From contig NW_008246083.1 of the NCBI RefSeq assembly GCF_000281045.1, positions 412,625-434,749 on the forward strand: a DNA stretch of 22,125 nt, given 5' to 3'. The stretch's first letter is position 1. Each line of letters starts with the position of its first letter. The stretch is from Saprolegnia diclina VS20. Its lineage: Eukaryota. Made by a program: the position numbers and the translations under genes. Below the pieces are notes generated by a model. It worked only from the letters and a program-made list of their open reading frames with translations. It was not told where the DNA came from and made no database searches. Positions 9,607 through 19,078 of this stretch are shown piece after piece.

Positions 9607-12600
9607 TTATTTTTTATGGAGCAAATCTTCAAGGGAAACGTGCATGGTCGACGACCGACCCGCGCCACGGCCACCAGCATGAGTACTGCTATTGCTGTTG
9701 TTGCTACCACGACCCCCGTGGTGGCTCTTGTGGCCAGCGCGGCCACCCTTGCCTCGGCGCTCTTCGTGGCGAGGGGGGCGTCGACCGGTGCCTTGCGCCG
9801 ACGCGCCCGGCGGCTGCGTGAGTTTCTTCTCAAACCGAAACTGAATGTCCTTGAGGTGCTCGATCGTGAGCGTCTTGGCGGCCGCGACCGCATCTTCGCA
9901 CGTGCCCACAAACTCAAAATGGGCGCTCTCGCCGTCGCGCGGCCGTTTTTGCGAGAAAAAGTTGACTTGGGCGCCGCTCTCCTTTTCGATGCGGCGAAGG
10001 TTGGCGCCCTGCTTGCCAATGATCTGGCCCTCGATGTTAAAGTCGGGGCTTGAGAGCGCCTACACCGCGTCGTAGGAGCGTGACGACAGATTCGATTTTG
10101 TATACCTCGTCCGAGAGTACGTCGTGGATGTACAGCTGCTCCTTGAACGAGTCGTTGAACGACTCGGACGCGACCGACGCCGTGTCAAACGACCCAAACG
10201 AGTCGGTCGACGGCCGCCGGCTCTGGAAGCCCGACTGCCGCTTCATGTGTTGGCCCTTGGAGATGAGCTTCTTCCCGTCGTCCTCCAAGCCTTGGCGCAG
10301 CATGCAGCGACCAATCTTCTCAATGCAAAAGCCGAGCTCGCGCGAGTTGGGCATGAGCACTTGGCGAATGGCTTCGGCCTCGCGGTACATCATTTCCGCC
10401 TCCTTGTATTTTTCCTGGGCCACGAGAATGCGCGCGAGGTTCAAGAGCGTCACGGACACGCGGTCGTTCGTGTTGCTATAGTACTGCTGCCGGATCGTGA
10501 GCGCTTCGCGAAGGTAGGTCTCGGCCGCTGCATATTGCCCCTATATCGTCCGCATGAGTGACGATGGCGACACCTGCGTTGTACCTGGTTGTACTTGTGG
10601 TTGCCGAGGTTGTTGAGCGTCGCCGCGGTCTCGGGGTTTTTGTTGCCGAGCTTCTTGCGCCGAATGTCGAGCGCCTGCAAATACAGCTGCTCAATCTTGG
10701 CGTCAATCTCCGACATCTTTTGCGGCGACGGTTTGCGCCTAAAGCCGAATGTATCAATCTATCAAGGTACCCAGAACGTACGCCTTGGGCAACTTGTCGG
10801 TGATGTGCACGAGGAAGAGCGCCATGTTGTTGAGGCTTCGCGCGACGAGCGGGTGGTCCTTCCCAAGGTGCGCTTCGTAGATCGAGAGGCTCTTTTCATA
10901 CAGTTCTTGGATCTCGTCGTTGGTCTTGAGGAGCACGCCGCCGTAGCCGAGACCTGTCGACGAGCCATCGCCCTCGTCCTTGAGCATCGTGAGCGCCGAC
11001 TTGTAAAAGTTGCCGAGGTTGTTCAAGCTCGTCGCATAGTCGGGGTGCACAGGCCCGAGGACGCGCTCGCGGATCTCCTTGGCCTGCAACAAGAGCGCTT
11101 CGGCCTTGCGGAACTTCCACGCATTCACGGGGCTAAAGCCGCGGCGCATCGAGAGCACAATGCCGAGGTAGTTGAGCGCCTCGGCGACGTGCGAGTGGTC
11201 GGTGCGGTGCAATACCTCTTGCTGGATACGCAGCGACTCGCGGTACATGTGCTCCGCGTTCGCGTCTTCGTTGATGTCGTAGTGCGCGTACCCCATTTCC
11301 ATGACCATGAGCACCTCGAGCGCGAGGAGCTCCATCACGCCCGGGCACGCGCACGACAGGATCGTCTCGGGTGCTTGGCTCGGCTCGTAACTCGACGGCA
11401 TGTCGCTCGTGTCGAGGATCGTCGAGTTGTTCTCGATATGGCCGCACTTGCAGTTGAGGACGCGCGCCGTCTTGGAGAACTGGATGCTTGTCGCAAACAA
11501 GCGGAGGCGGAAGCGCGGGTCCATGCGGGCGCGGAAGATGAAGCGGCCGCGCACCATGAGGTTGCTGTGGAGGAGCACGTCGATGAACGGCGCGTACCCG
11601 CCGTCATCGTCCTCGCAGCCGGTCGCCATGCGCTCGCGTGCAGTCTCTTCGCTGTGCTTGGAGAGCTGGTGGGCGATCCGCAGCGCCGACTCGATGTTGG
11701 AGCGCTCCGAGTCAAAGAGCGTCAGCGACCCTTCGTAGCGGAACGCGTGGCTGGCGTTCGCAATCACGAGGCAGTAGTGCCGCACAAAGCGGCGTCGCCA
11801 CGTCAAGAAGAGCGCGGCGCCTTCGGGCGACGAGACGGAAAACTTGGCCGCCTCGTCTTCGGCAAAGAGCTGGATCATGTTGTGCAGCCGGAACCGCGCA
11901 TGCTGCGGTAGCACATGCCGCGTCGTCTTGCGCAGTAGCATGGGCATGACCTTCTCGACGAGCGACCACTGGTTGAGCTGCTCGAGGGCCGGGATCGCCG
12001 CCGCGACCTCGGACGCATGCGCCGCGACCTCTTCCTGGCTCTCGAGGTTCAAGAGCGAGTACGACATAGTTGTGAGCGCGTCGTCCTTGTCAAAGCAGTC
12101 GTCAATGTGGTAGAGCTCCCACCCAAGACTCTGCGCCGACGACGCGGCCGTGGACGCGCACTCGTCCAGCGCGTTAGCACTGCCATACTGCCGGCTGTAC
12201 GCTGGCGGCGCAAACATCGAAGGCGTTGCTGAGGACGACGACAAGAGCGACGGCGACGAGTGCGTCTTCATGAGAGGCGACGGCGACGTGAACGACTGGA
12301 GGACGGCACACGCAGCCTTCATGTCAAACACACCGCGGAAGAGCCCGAGCGCCATAAAGGCGAGCCGGAGCGGCGCGTCAAGCTGCGTAAACGACGATCG
12401 AATGCACCGATCGAGGCATTCTTTCTGGCCGGTTTCCGACAAGTTGTTGATCTCTTCGAGGCGGTGGTCCTCAACCTACGACGATGATTTAATCATATGC
12501 GACAGTGTTGAGTGACGCACCTGAAGACGCTCGATGAGGTCCTGGGGCGTCACGTTCGAGCGCGTGTTCGCGAGGGCCCGGCCGACGACGCGCAGCGCCA

Positions 12601-14646
12601 GTGGCAGTTTGCCGCAGATGGTCGCGAGGCGCTCTGCTTCAACCGGCGAGCACTGCAGCGCCATCGACAAGATGAGCTCCGTCTACGGGCCATGTCACAC
12701 CAACAACACACTACGAGGGACCGGTACCGCAATCTTGAGCGGCAGCTCCGAGATGTTGACGGACGTGACGGTGACGTTGGCGATGTCCGGGATACGACGT
12801 GAGCCGAGAAGCAGCCGCGTATGGTGCGCGGTCGCAACGAGCTGGCCAAGGAACGCCTCGCACTTGCGCTGGTCGCGGTCGAGGAGCTCCTCAACCTTGT
12901 CGAGCACGAGCAGGCAGCGCTTGGAGCCGAGCTCGGCAAAGAGCTGGCTGTCGGTCGTATTTTCACCGACGGGGAGCCCGACGCTCTGCGCGATTGCATA
13001 CCTAGTAGACATTGAGAAGGTGATTCTGTCGAGAAGAGCCTACAGCACGGCCGAGAACTCGAGACCGGCGAGACCTTCGAGATCCACGTAGAAAACGCCG
13101 TCGGGGCATATCCTGCGCTGGAGCACAAAGTGCGCCGCCGCAATGACGAGCGAGCTCTTGCCAATGCCGGGTGCCCCGGTGCACACCTACAGCCCATGAG
13201 GTGTCTAGCATCATCGCGATTGCAGACCGTCACGTTGCCTTGGACGATCGAGCGCACGAGGTTGTACGTATCGACGTTGCGTCCGACAAACTAGCGTCGC
13301 ATCAGCACTCGGTCATGGCCGCTGCTGCCAAGAGAGGTACCTGGCCGTGCATGGCCGGGAGGTTCGACGGACAGTGCGGCGTCAAGTCGACGAGCTTGCC
13401 GCGCGGCAGCTTGGGGAAGATGATGACGTCGTGAAGCGACGCATCCGCTTGGCCAAGCAGGAGGAACTTGGAGCTCTCATCGTGGGGCCACGGCAGCGTC
13501 TCGCCTTTGCAGCAGCAGCGGTTGGGCGGGTGGCGCGTATGCACCATGCCCGAGAGCGCCCACTGGCACGTTCGTTCGTGGAGATGCCTACTGTACAGTT
13601 AGGAGCCGAGTACGACAGAACAAAACGCAGCGTACGCGCAGCAGCAGGCGCGCTTGTTGGTCGGCGGCAAGGCGCGGACCGCCGTCTTGGCAATGTCAAA
13701 GGCCGAGAGGACCGACCGGCCCGCAAAGAGCGAGAGGTAAAAGTGTTTGGCAAACATGTTGCCGCTCGAGTCCAAGATGCGCGAGTCCGAGTGCACGGCG
13801 ACGACGTGGGGTACACCGGCTTCGACAAACACGTTGGCGAGTCGCTCGCTGTGGCACGAGCTCACAAACACCACTTGGAGGAGGTCCGTGGACCCGACAG
13901 CGCCGCTGTAGATGAGTTCGCGGAGCGACTTGGGCGAGATCATATGCGTGCAGCCCGCGCCGTCCTCAAAGCACAGCATCTCGTTGTGCCCGACGCCATG
14001 GCCGGAAAAATGCAGCACCTACGCTGCGCGCTACAGCGAGTGGACGCACCGATACGCGTACCTTGCACTTCCATGCGGTCAAGAGCGCACGGAACGAGTC
14101 GGTCGTCGCTACATCAAAGCGCACCTGGATGCACCCGAGGTAGCCCGAGTTGAGCGCTTGCTGGAGCGAGAGCCGCTCGGCCTCGAGGTCCAGCTTCTCC
14201 ATGGCCAAGATTGTGGGCGGTGCATCCTTGGGGTAGATCTTGAGCACGAGGGGCGCTGCATGCAAGACAGCCAGGTCCAAGATGTTGTCCCTACACGTCG
14301 TATCGCTGGTGCGCGTCTGCTGTCGAGCGGAAGCGCTACCTGTCGTTGATGTCGCGGATGGCGGCGAGGAGCTTGGCTCGCCGGCCCAGCGCCTTGATCT
14401 GAAGGTCGTCGCGAAGGATTTCGTTGGTCAAGTCGGGCAGAATGGCTACGTCATGGAGGAAATGCCATGAGGACAACCTCGTCCGCCACGCTGCATATGG
14501 ACGTACCGCCCGAGATCTCATTCTCGAGGAAGATCTACCTCGGAGGTCAGTCGCATGCTGCGCCATGAGGGGCGTACCTCCGCGAACTCGCCAAAGCCCG
14601 AGGCCTCGAGCCACTCGGCGACCTTCTCGCAGCTCCAGGCTTCCAT
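9607..14646 (-). CDS. NLR-like multidomain protein: SAM - CHAT protease - Cys/His-rich linker - NB-ARC-like STAND NTPase - TPR repeats - KH domain - R/G-rich tail, about 1479 aa, 14 exons
   Basis: Exons 14646-14578, 14534-14507, 14445-14340, 14290-14062, 14018-13636, 13587-13341, 13290-13228, 13186-13044, 13001-12728, 12682-12521, 12475-10782, 10738-10585, 10540-10106, 10059-9607. All introns are GT-AG, 41-61 nt, and all phases are consistent (4440 nt total). Motifs: MEAWSCEKVAEWL...IFLENEISG...LGRRAKLL (SAM); VLHFSGHG and VFVSSCHS (CHAT); NLP...FVGR, GAPGIGKS, PDGVFYVDL, LLVLDKVE, LLGSR, CGKLPLAL, RLHN (STAND); TPRs; IIGKQGANLRRIEKESGA (KH). Confidence 0.85.
9845..10145 (-). other. KH RNA-binding domain (type I, intact GxxG loop)
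   Basis: After removing intron 10105-10060: KEQLYIHDVLSDE|ALSSPDFNIEGQIIGKQGANLRRIEKESGAQVNFFSQKRPRDGESAHFEFVGTCEDAVAAAKTLTIEHL. GKQG loop at 10017-10006. Confidence 0.8.
10290..11310 (-). repeat. Kinesin-light-chain-type TPR array (about 6-7 repeats) in the NLR-like protein
   Basis: Recurrent units AEHMYRESLRIQ, HSHVAEALNYLGIV, HPDYATSLNNLGNFY, HPLVARSLNNMALFL, NPETAATLNNLGNHKY, NDRVSVTLLNLARIL, ELGFCIEKIG. Confidence 0.9.
11870..13360 (-). other. NB-ARC-like STAND NTPase module (NBD, helical domain, winged helix)
   Basis: PSNLPAMHGQ|FVGR, Walker A GAPGIGKS (13177-13154), Walker B LLVLDKVE, sensor-1-like LLLGSR, GxP motif CGKLPLAL, SSFTQL...LGLFRGVFD, and WSLVE...FRLHNMIQ (MHD-equivalent). 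Confidence 0.85.
13650..14280 (-). other. CHAT (caspase HetF associated with TPRs) clan CD protease domain
   Basis: LAVLHAAPL, LDLEAER, VLHFSGHG (His 14000-13998), LCFEDG, VVFVSSCHSE (Cys 13856-13854), AGVPHVVAV, FAKHFYLSLFAGRSVLSAFDIAK. Confidence 0.85.
14340..14646 (-). other. SAM (sterile alpha motif) domain, exons 1-3 of the NLR-like gene
   Basis: Spliced translation MEAWSCEKVAEWLEASGFGEFAEIFLENEISGAILPDLTNEILRDDLQIKALGRRAKLLAAIRDI matches the SAM signature W..e.V..WL...g...y...F....I.G..L..L....L..lgi..lG.r.kil..I. Confidence 0.9.
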
Positions 14647-15590
14647 CGACGCAATTCCACTGATGTCTTTCGAGGATCCCCAAGTGGCGTTTCTTTAGAC
14701 CAATCGCATGGCGCGAAAAAGTCGATTTTCAACCAATCGCATGCACGGACGCCGGCAACGTGGGATTTTCGAACCGAGCATAGCGCGGAGGCGGCAAGCG
14801 ACCACAAGAACCTGCAGCGACGCCCTTGGCCACGCGGCCGTCGCACGCCACCGCTCGATGCGACTTGGTGCGCGCTCTCGTGCCCATCCCTCGCTCCTTG
14901 AGGTACTACGGTGCGTTGGGTTGTCTTGGTAATCCAGGAAAAATCTGCGCCAGCGAACGAACAGGAAATCCTGCAAGCAGCCCACGCTCCAACTTCTTAG
15001 TCCCGTGTACTAGTACGCAGCTGCACCGCGCCGATAGCGACGCGAGGCGACCGATCGCGTGCGTGGGTAAAGGTGGCTACAGCGTGGCGTAGTACCGGTA
15101 CCTACCTGGCCCAGCTACCTGGCCCGCGTCGCAGCAATGATCAATTGAAGTACGCCATCGTACAGAGCCATATGGTGCCCATGCGGGCGCTGTGGACATG
15201 GCACAGAGATGGCACACAGTCGACCTGTCGTGTCTGACGTTGCTGCATGCCAGCTCGTCCTGCGCCATGGCCTTCGTGCAGTGCGCTACTGCCTGGCCTT
15301 GCTGCTCATGCAGGTGCGTTCGCATGGCATAGCCTCGCTTCCAGTCGCAGCGACAGAGTCCTACGGCCGCGCGTGTCCCGCGGAGGCGTCCGCGGATGAG
15401 ACCTTGAGCACGTGCAAAATTTCGGGTAATAAAATGCGCGTTGGATATTGACAACCGGGCACGGCCAAAGCAATATAATGTCATATCGGTTGAAGAGCTT
15501 AGAAATTGTATTGAAATCGACCCGCAAAAAATGTTTGGAAAATAAAATCGAACGAAACGCGGGCACCCGAGTGAGAAAAGCCAGCAGAGT

Positions 15591-15604
15591 TCATTCACCT
15601 TTTC
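15591..15604 (+). promoter_or_regulatory. Probable oomycete INR/FPR-like core promoter of the RING gene
   Basis: TCATTCACCTTTTC, one mismatch to TCATTYBNNNWTTY, ending 22 nt before ATG 15627 (same spacing as the element at 1718). Confidence 0.45.
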
Positions 15605-15626
15605 GCAACCGCTCGAGCCCATCGCC

Positions 15627-16138
15627 ATGGGGCAGTCGTGCTCGTGCTTGGACCAGAGCCACCCGCACAGCCGGCGACGCTCGAGCTCGAGCTCCATGTC
15701 ACTCCAAGGCGACGCCACGGCGCGGGCTGAGGGCCTCCTACACCAGCCGTCCAAGGCCATCGAGGCCAGTGTCGTCAAGCGCAATCCGCGCACGCTCGAC
15801 CACGAGTCGGCGTACACCGCCTTCGTCTACAAGGGCATGGAGCATCCGCCGAGCTCCAAGAAGACAGAGGCCAGCGGCGTGAGCGAGGTACGAGCCGTTA
15901 GCGCGCCTACCGAGGTCTCATGCGTCCGTAGCCGAGGTCGTCGACCGATACGACGATCTTGGAGCTCGAATGTGTCATGTGCCTCGACACGTTCTCGGAC
16001 GAGAACCCAAAGATCCGGACGCTTTGCAACTGCGGCGTCAACAGGACCAACTTTCACCTTGCGTGCTTGTACGAGTGGGTCGACCGGGACAAGAGCTGCC
16101 CCGTGTGCCGGGCCGTGCTCTTTTTCGAGGAAAATTAA
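15627..16138 (+). CDS. Small RING-finger (C4HC3, RING-v-like) protein / putative E3 ubiquitin ligase with N-terminal acylation motif, 2 exons, about 155 aa
   Basis: Exons 15627-15887 and 15932-16138 (44-nt GTACGA...CGTAG intron). C-terminus ECVMCLDTFSDENPKIRTLCNCGVNRTNFHLACLYEWVDRDKSCPVC. N-terminus MGQSCSC. Confidence 0.85.
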
Positions 16139-16163
16139 ATCTAAATGTCAACTGTCGTCGTCG

Positions 16164-17642
16164 TCATAGCTGGTCCAAGAGGGGCATGGCGAGCACGGAC
16201 GCGAGCACAGCTAGCGCCATGGACGCGAGGGCAAGCTGCATATGGCGAGGTGCCAACGCCTCCAGCCACGGCGTGGGCCTAGACCAGCAACATGAGAGAT
16301 ACATTGTCATCTCGCCACAGGGACGTACGCAGTCGGCATCTCCGTGACAGCCGATTGATGCGGAAACGGGTACGTCGTATAGCAGCTCTGCGGGATCTTG
16401 TCGCCGTTCGCGAGGCGGCTCATCTCGAGGAGCTGGGTTGGCGGCACGACCTGCAGCAGCCCGTTGGCCTCGGGTGCACCGTGTCAAGGGACCATGCAAC
16501 AGCGTATCACGATAGCAAGCATGCAATGCAGAAGAAAAGGATATCGACAATGCCTTCGATCGGCATGCTGTGGACGAGCTTGGAGAGGACCGAGTGCATC
16601 TCGGCGTAGTCACAAGGACACTGTAGGAGGCGCGCGCGGTGGTGCAAGACGAGCTACTCGACATACGCTCGATCGTGCATCAAGCATAGACGGCGTACCG
16701 CGGCCGAGAGGTACATGGAGAAGAGCGGGTGCGAGCAGAGCAGGATGTCGTACAGGCGGCACACGTCGTCGAAGGCCTTGACATGGTGTGCAAACCACGT
16801 AATGACCCATGGCAGTGCAAAGTACGGGTCCACCTAATCGTCCACAGTGGACAATCTGCGTGCTTGGAAATACCATCGGGATACGCACCCCGGACGCCAT
16901 AATGTGCCCGTACAGCTCCGTGTCCTGCGTCTGCAGTAGCGGGTAGAGGACGCTGAAGATCGCGAGCACCGAGTCAAAGTTGGTGCGCATTGGCTCTTGA
17001 AAGTACGTGGCACTTGCGCGCACCAGCAGTGGCGTCGCTGCATGCACGCCTGTCGTCAAGAGAAAGACCGCCGCGACGTCGTGGAAGCCTTGGTAGTAAT
17101 GCAGCTCGACGTTGTCCGCTTCGGCGCTGCAGAGCACGGCGTGGACGAGCGAGTAGAGCGACTTGCGCCGCTTTCGCCGGTTGTGCAGCGTCGACGCGTC
17201 GTGCCACATGTCGGGGTTGAGCGACCGATCGACGTCGCGCTGCACCTGGTCGTCGTCCGGGTGGGCGCGGTGGCGGTACCCCGGCACTTGTGGCTTGAGG
17301 CGGTGGTCGACGAAGAACGTTTCGAGCGACTCGGGCGTGAAGCCCAAGAGGATCGGCCAAATGCGCTTGCGCAGCTCCTATACCGAGGCGAATGAGCTCG
17401 TCGATACGAGCGGTGGTGCCCACCCGCGTGAGAAACCCGCCGGGCGCGAGCGCGAGGCGGCGCCACGTGGCCATGAGGCGGTCCTGAGCGGCCTTGGCCT
17501 CCTCGGGCGACGCAGCCGATGCAAGTGCATTCTCATAGTGCTTGAGCGTCGCAAGGATCTTCTGGCGGTGCCCATCCTTGGGCTCGTCAGCTGGCCCCGG
17601 CACCCCGAGACCGCGGGCTGCCTTGCGCAGTGCGGCAAGCAT
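16164..17642 (-). CDS. TBC-domain Rab GTPase-activating protein, TBC1D20/Gyp8-like, multi-exon, C-terminal TM anchor
   Basis: Exons 17642-17424, 17377-16889 and further downstream exons give GGFLTR|ELRKRIWPILLG, QVQRDVDRS (Arg finger), YYQGFHDVAAVFL (Gln finger), PYFALPWVITWFAH, RLYDILLCSHPLFSMYLSAA, and tail LALASMALAVLASVLAMPLL. The last exon boundaries are less certain. Confidence 0.85.
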
Positions 17643-18079
17643 TGCTACACTGGTAACCGGATGCTCGTCAGCAACGCCGGACAAGAGTCGTACAAAAAAG
17701 CTCTTAACGGCACAAACAAACACGCCACTGCGCCTCAAATGCGTCATCCAACGCTTCCAAGGCTACTAGACCAGCAAAATCCTTAGCAGGGATCCGTATT
17801 CGCCATCGTGAGCAGCGCCCGCGCCGCCGTTCCTGCTGTGAATTGAACCTCTGTCCTTCCAAGTCAAACATACACTATATATAACCCTTAAATAGTGTAT
17901 CTATTATTTAAAACGCAATTAGTGTGAATGAAAGGTTTGAGTCGCGGTGATGACAACTCGGGTCTTGATCACTCCAACAGTAGGTGGACGTAAAGAGCTA
18001 TCGACTCGACGCCCTCACAATGCAACATTAAATAAAATCACCTCTATTTACATGGACGTATCAGGCAATGCGACGCCGA

Positions 18080-19078
18080 TCACGCCTTCTCCACATACTG
18101 CCACGGACGACCGTACTTGGTCTCGAGCGTATATCGGTTCGTATCGACGTCTTGGTGCTTGCGCGAACGGAGGCTGCCGTCGCGGTCTTGACACATGACG
18201 CAGTGCCACGGCGTGGTTGGGATCGCGCCTTCCAGCTGCGGAATGAGCGCGACGCTGAACTTTGGTCCTGCGTTGTCGTACGCGTGGATCGAGAGGCGGA
18301 TCGCATGCGGGTAGCAGTCGTCGACAAGCGCTGAAAACGCCATATTGCGCTGGATCATGCACTTGGCAGCGACGCCCGCCGCCTTGTCGACCGCCGACTT
18401 GCTCAGGCTCGCCCATGCCAGCGCCATGTCCTTGGCCAGAAACCGACGAAAGCTCCGGTACGTGGCGAGCAATTCGCTGTCGTCCTTGAGCAGAGTCGCC
18501 ATGTCCAGCTGGTCGCAGCCGTAGCGCGCAAGAAGCTCGGTATTCGGGTCCTTTGACGTTGTGTAGGCCTCGAGCCGGTCAAATGCGAGGTGCACGAGTC
18601 CTTTCTCGCGCGCCAAGTCTTCGAGCGCCGTCGCGTACGCGTCCATCACATCGAGGGAGACGCCGATGATGTCGTTGAAGATGCGCCCGTCGCTGAAGAT
18701 GACGGCGCGCGCTCCATGGACGTACAGCGGCGCAATCGCAGCGCAGAGGGCGTCGAGTCGCGCGAGCGCCAGTGCCTCGCCGCGGTCCGGGAGGACACCG
18801 AGGGTCTTCTCGCGGACGTTGGGCGACTTGAACGGAAACGCGGGAATGACAAATGTGATCGGGCGCTGATGGGTGACGGCATCAGCGACAATGTCTTCCA
18901 CCCTGAAACGTCCGACCGTTTCAAAACGGTCACCGGGCAGCTGGTGGAGGAGCGGTGTGAGCGCGGCAAGCACCGCTGCAAGCACCTTGTCCTTGTCCAC
19001 AGGGAGCGTCTTGCGCGTCGGCTCGGTCGCCACGCTCGCGTCGGACGCGACAGCCATTCGGTCCATGTGACACACCAT
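18080..19078 (-). CDS. Stand-alone isocyanide (isonitrile) synthase, PvcA/Dit1/IsnA family, intronless
   Basis: Motifs FVIPAFPFKSPN, KTLGVLPDRGEALAL, IFSDGRIFNDIIG, AIRLSIH, KFSVAL, TTPWH. The exact start is uncertain (several Met codons, 19078-19057). Confidence 0.9.
   Translation of the reverse strand: MVCHMDRMAVASDASVATEPTRKTLPVDKDKVLAAVLAALTPLLHQLPGDRFETVGRFRVEDIVADAVTHQRPITFVIPAFPFKSPNVREKTLGVLPDRGEALALARLDALCAAIAPLYVHGARAVIFSDGRIFNDIIGVSLDVMDAYATALEDLAREKGLVHLAFDRLEAYTTSKDPNTELLARYGCDQLDMATLLKDDSELLATYRSFRRFLAKDMALAWASLSKSAVDKAAGVAAKCMIQRNMAFSALVDDCYPHAIRLSIHAYDNAGPKFSVALIPQLEGAIPTTPWHCVMCQDRDGSLRSRKHQDVDTNRYTLETKYGRPWQYVEKA

Noticed and set aside
9607..9909. Separate small gene that could be the CHAT substrate
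   Set aside because: It begins at a GTG inside a frame that is open back to the splice acceptor at 10060, so it is better explained as the last exon of the NLR-like gene.
10589..11911. 440-aa plus-strand ORF (and similar long antisense ORFs at 7419-8402, 13347-14153, 19644-20891)
   Set aside because: Shadow frames of GC3-rich genes on the opposite strand, with no independent motifs.
11903..11950. Possible extra in-frame 48-nt intron (GTCATG...CCGCAG) in the long exon of the NLR-like gene
   Set aside because: Not needed for frame continuity and has a weak donor. Left out of the model and undecidable without RNA data.
15102..15126. Short direct repeat CTACCTGGCCC x2
   Set aside because: Only two copies of 11 nt, not an array or a mobile-element end.
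4001..17642. Apparent theme of lipidation/membrane genes (Rce1, acylated globin, acylated RING, Rab GAP) as a functional cluster
   Set aside because: Rce1 acts on prenylated CAAX proteins, not myristoylated ones, and the genes are interspersed with unrelated ones. Coincidence is the simpler explanation.
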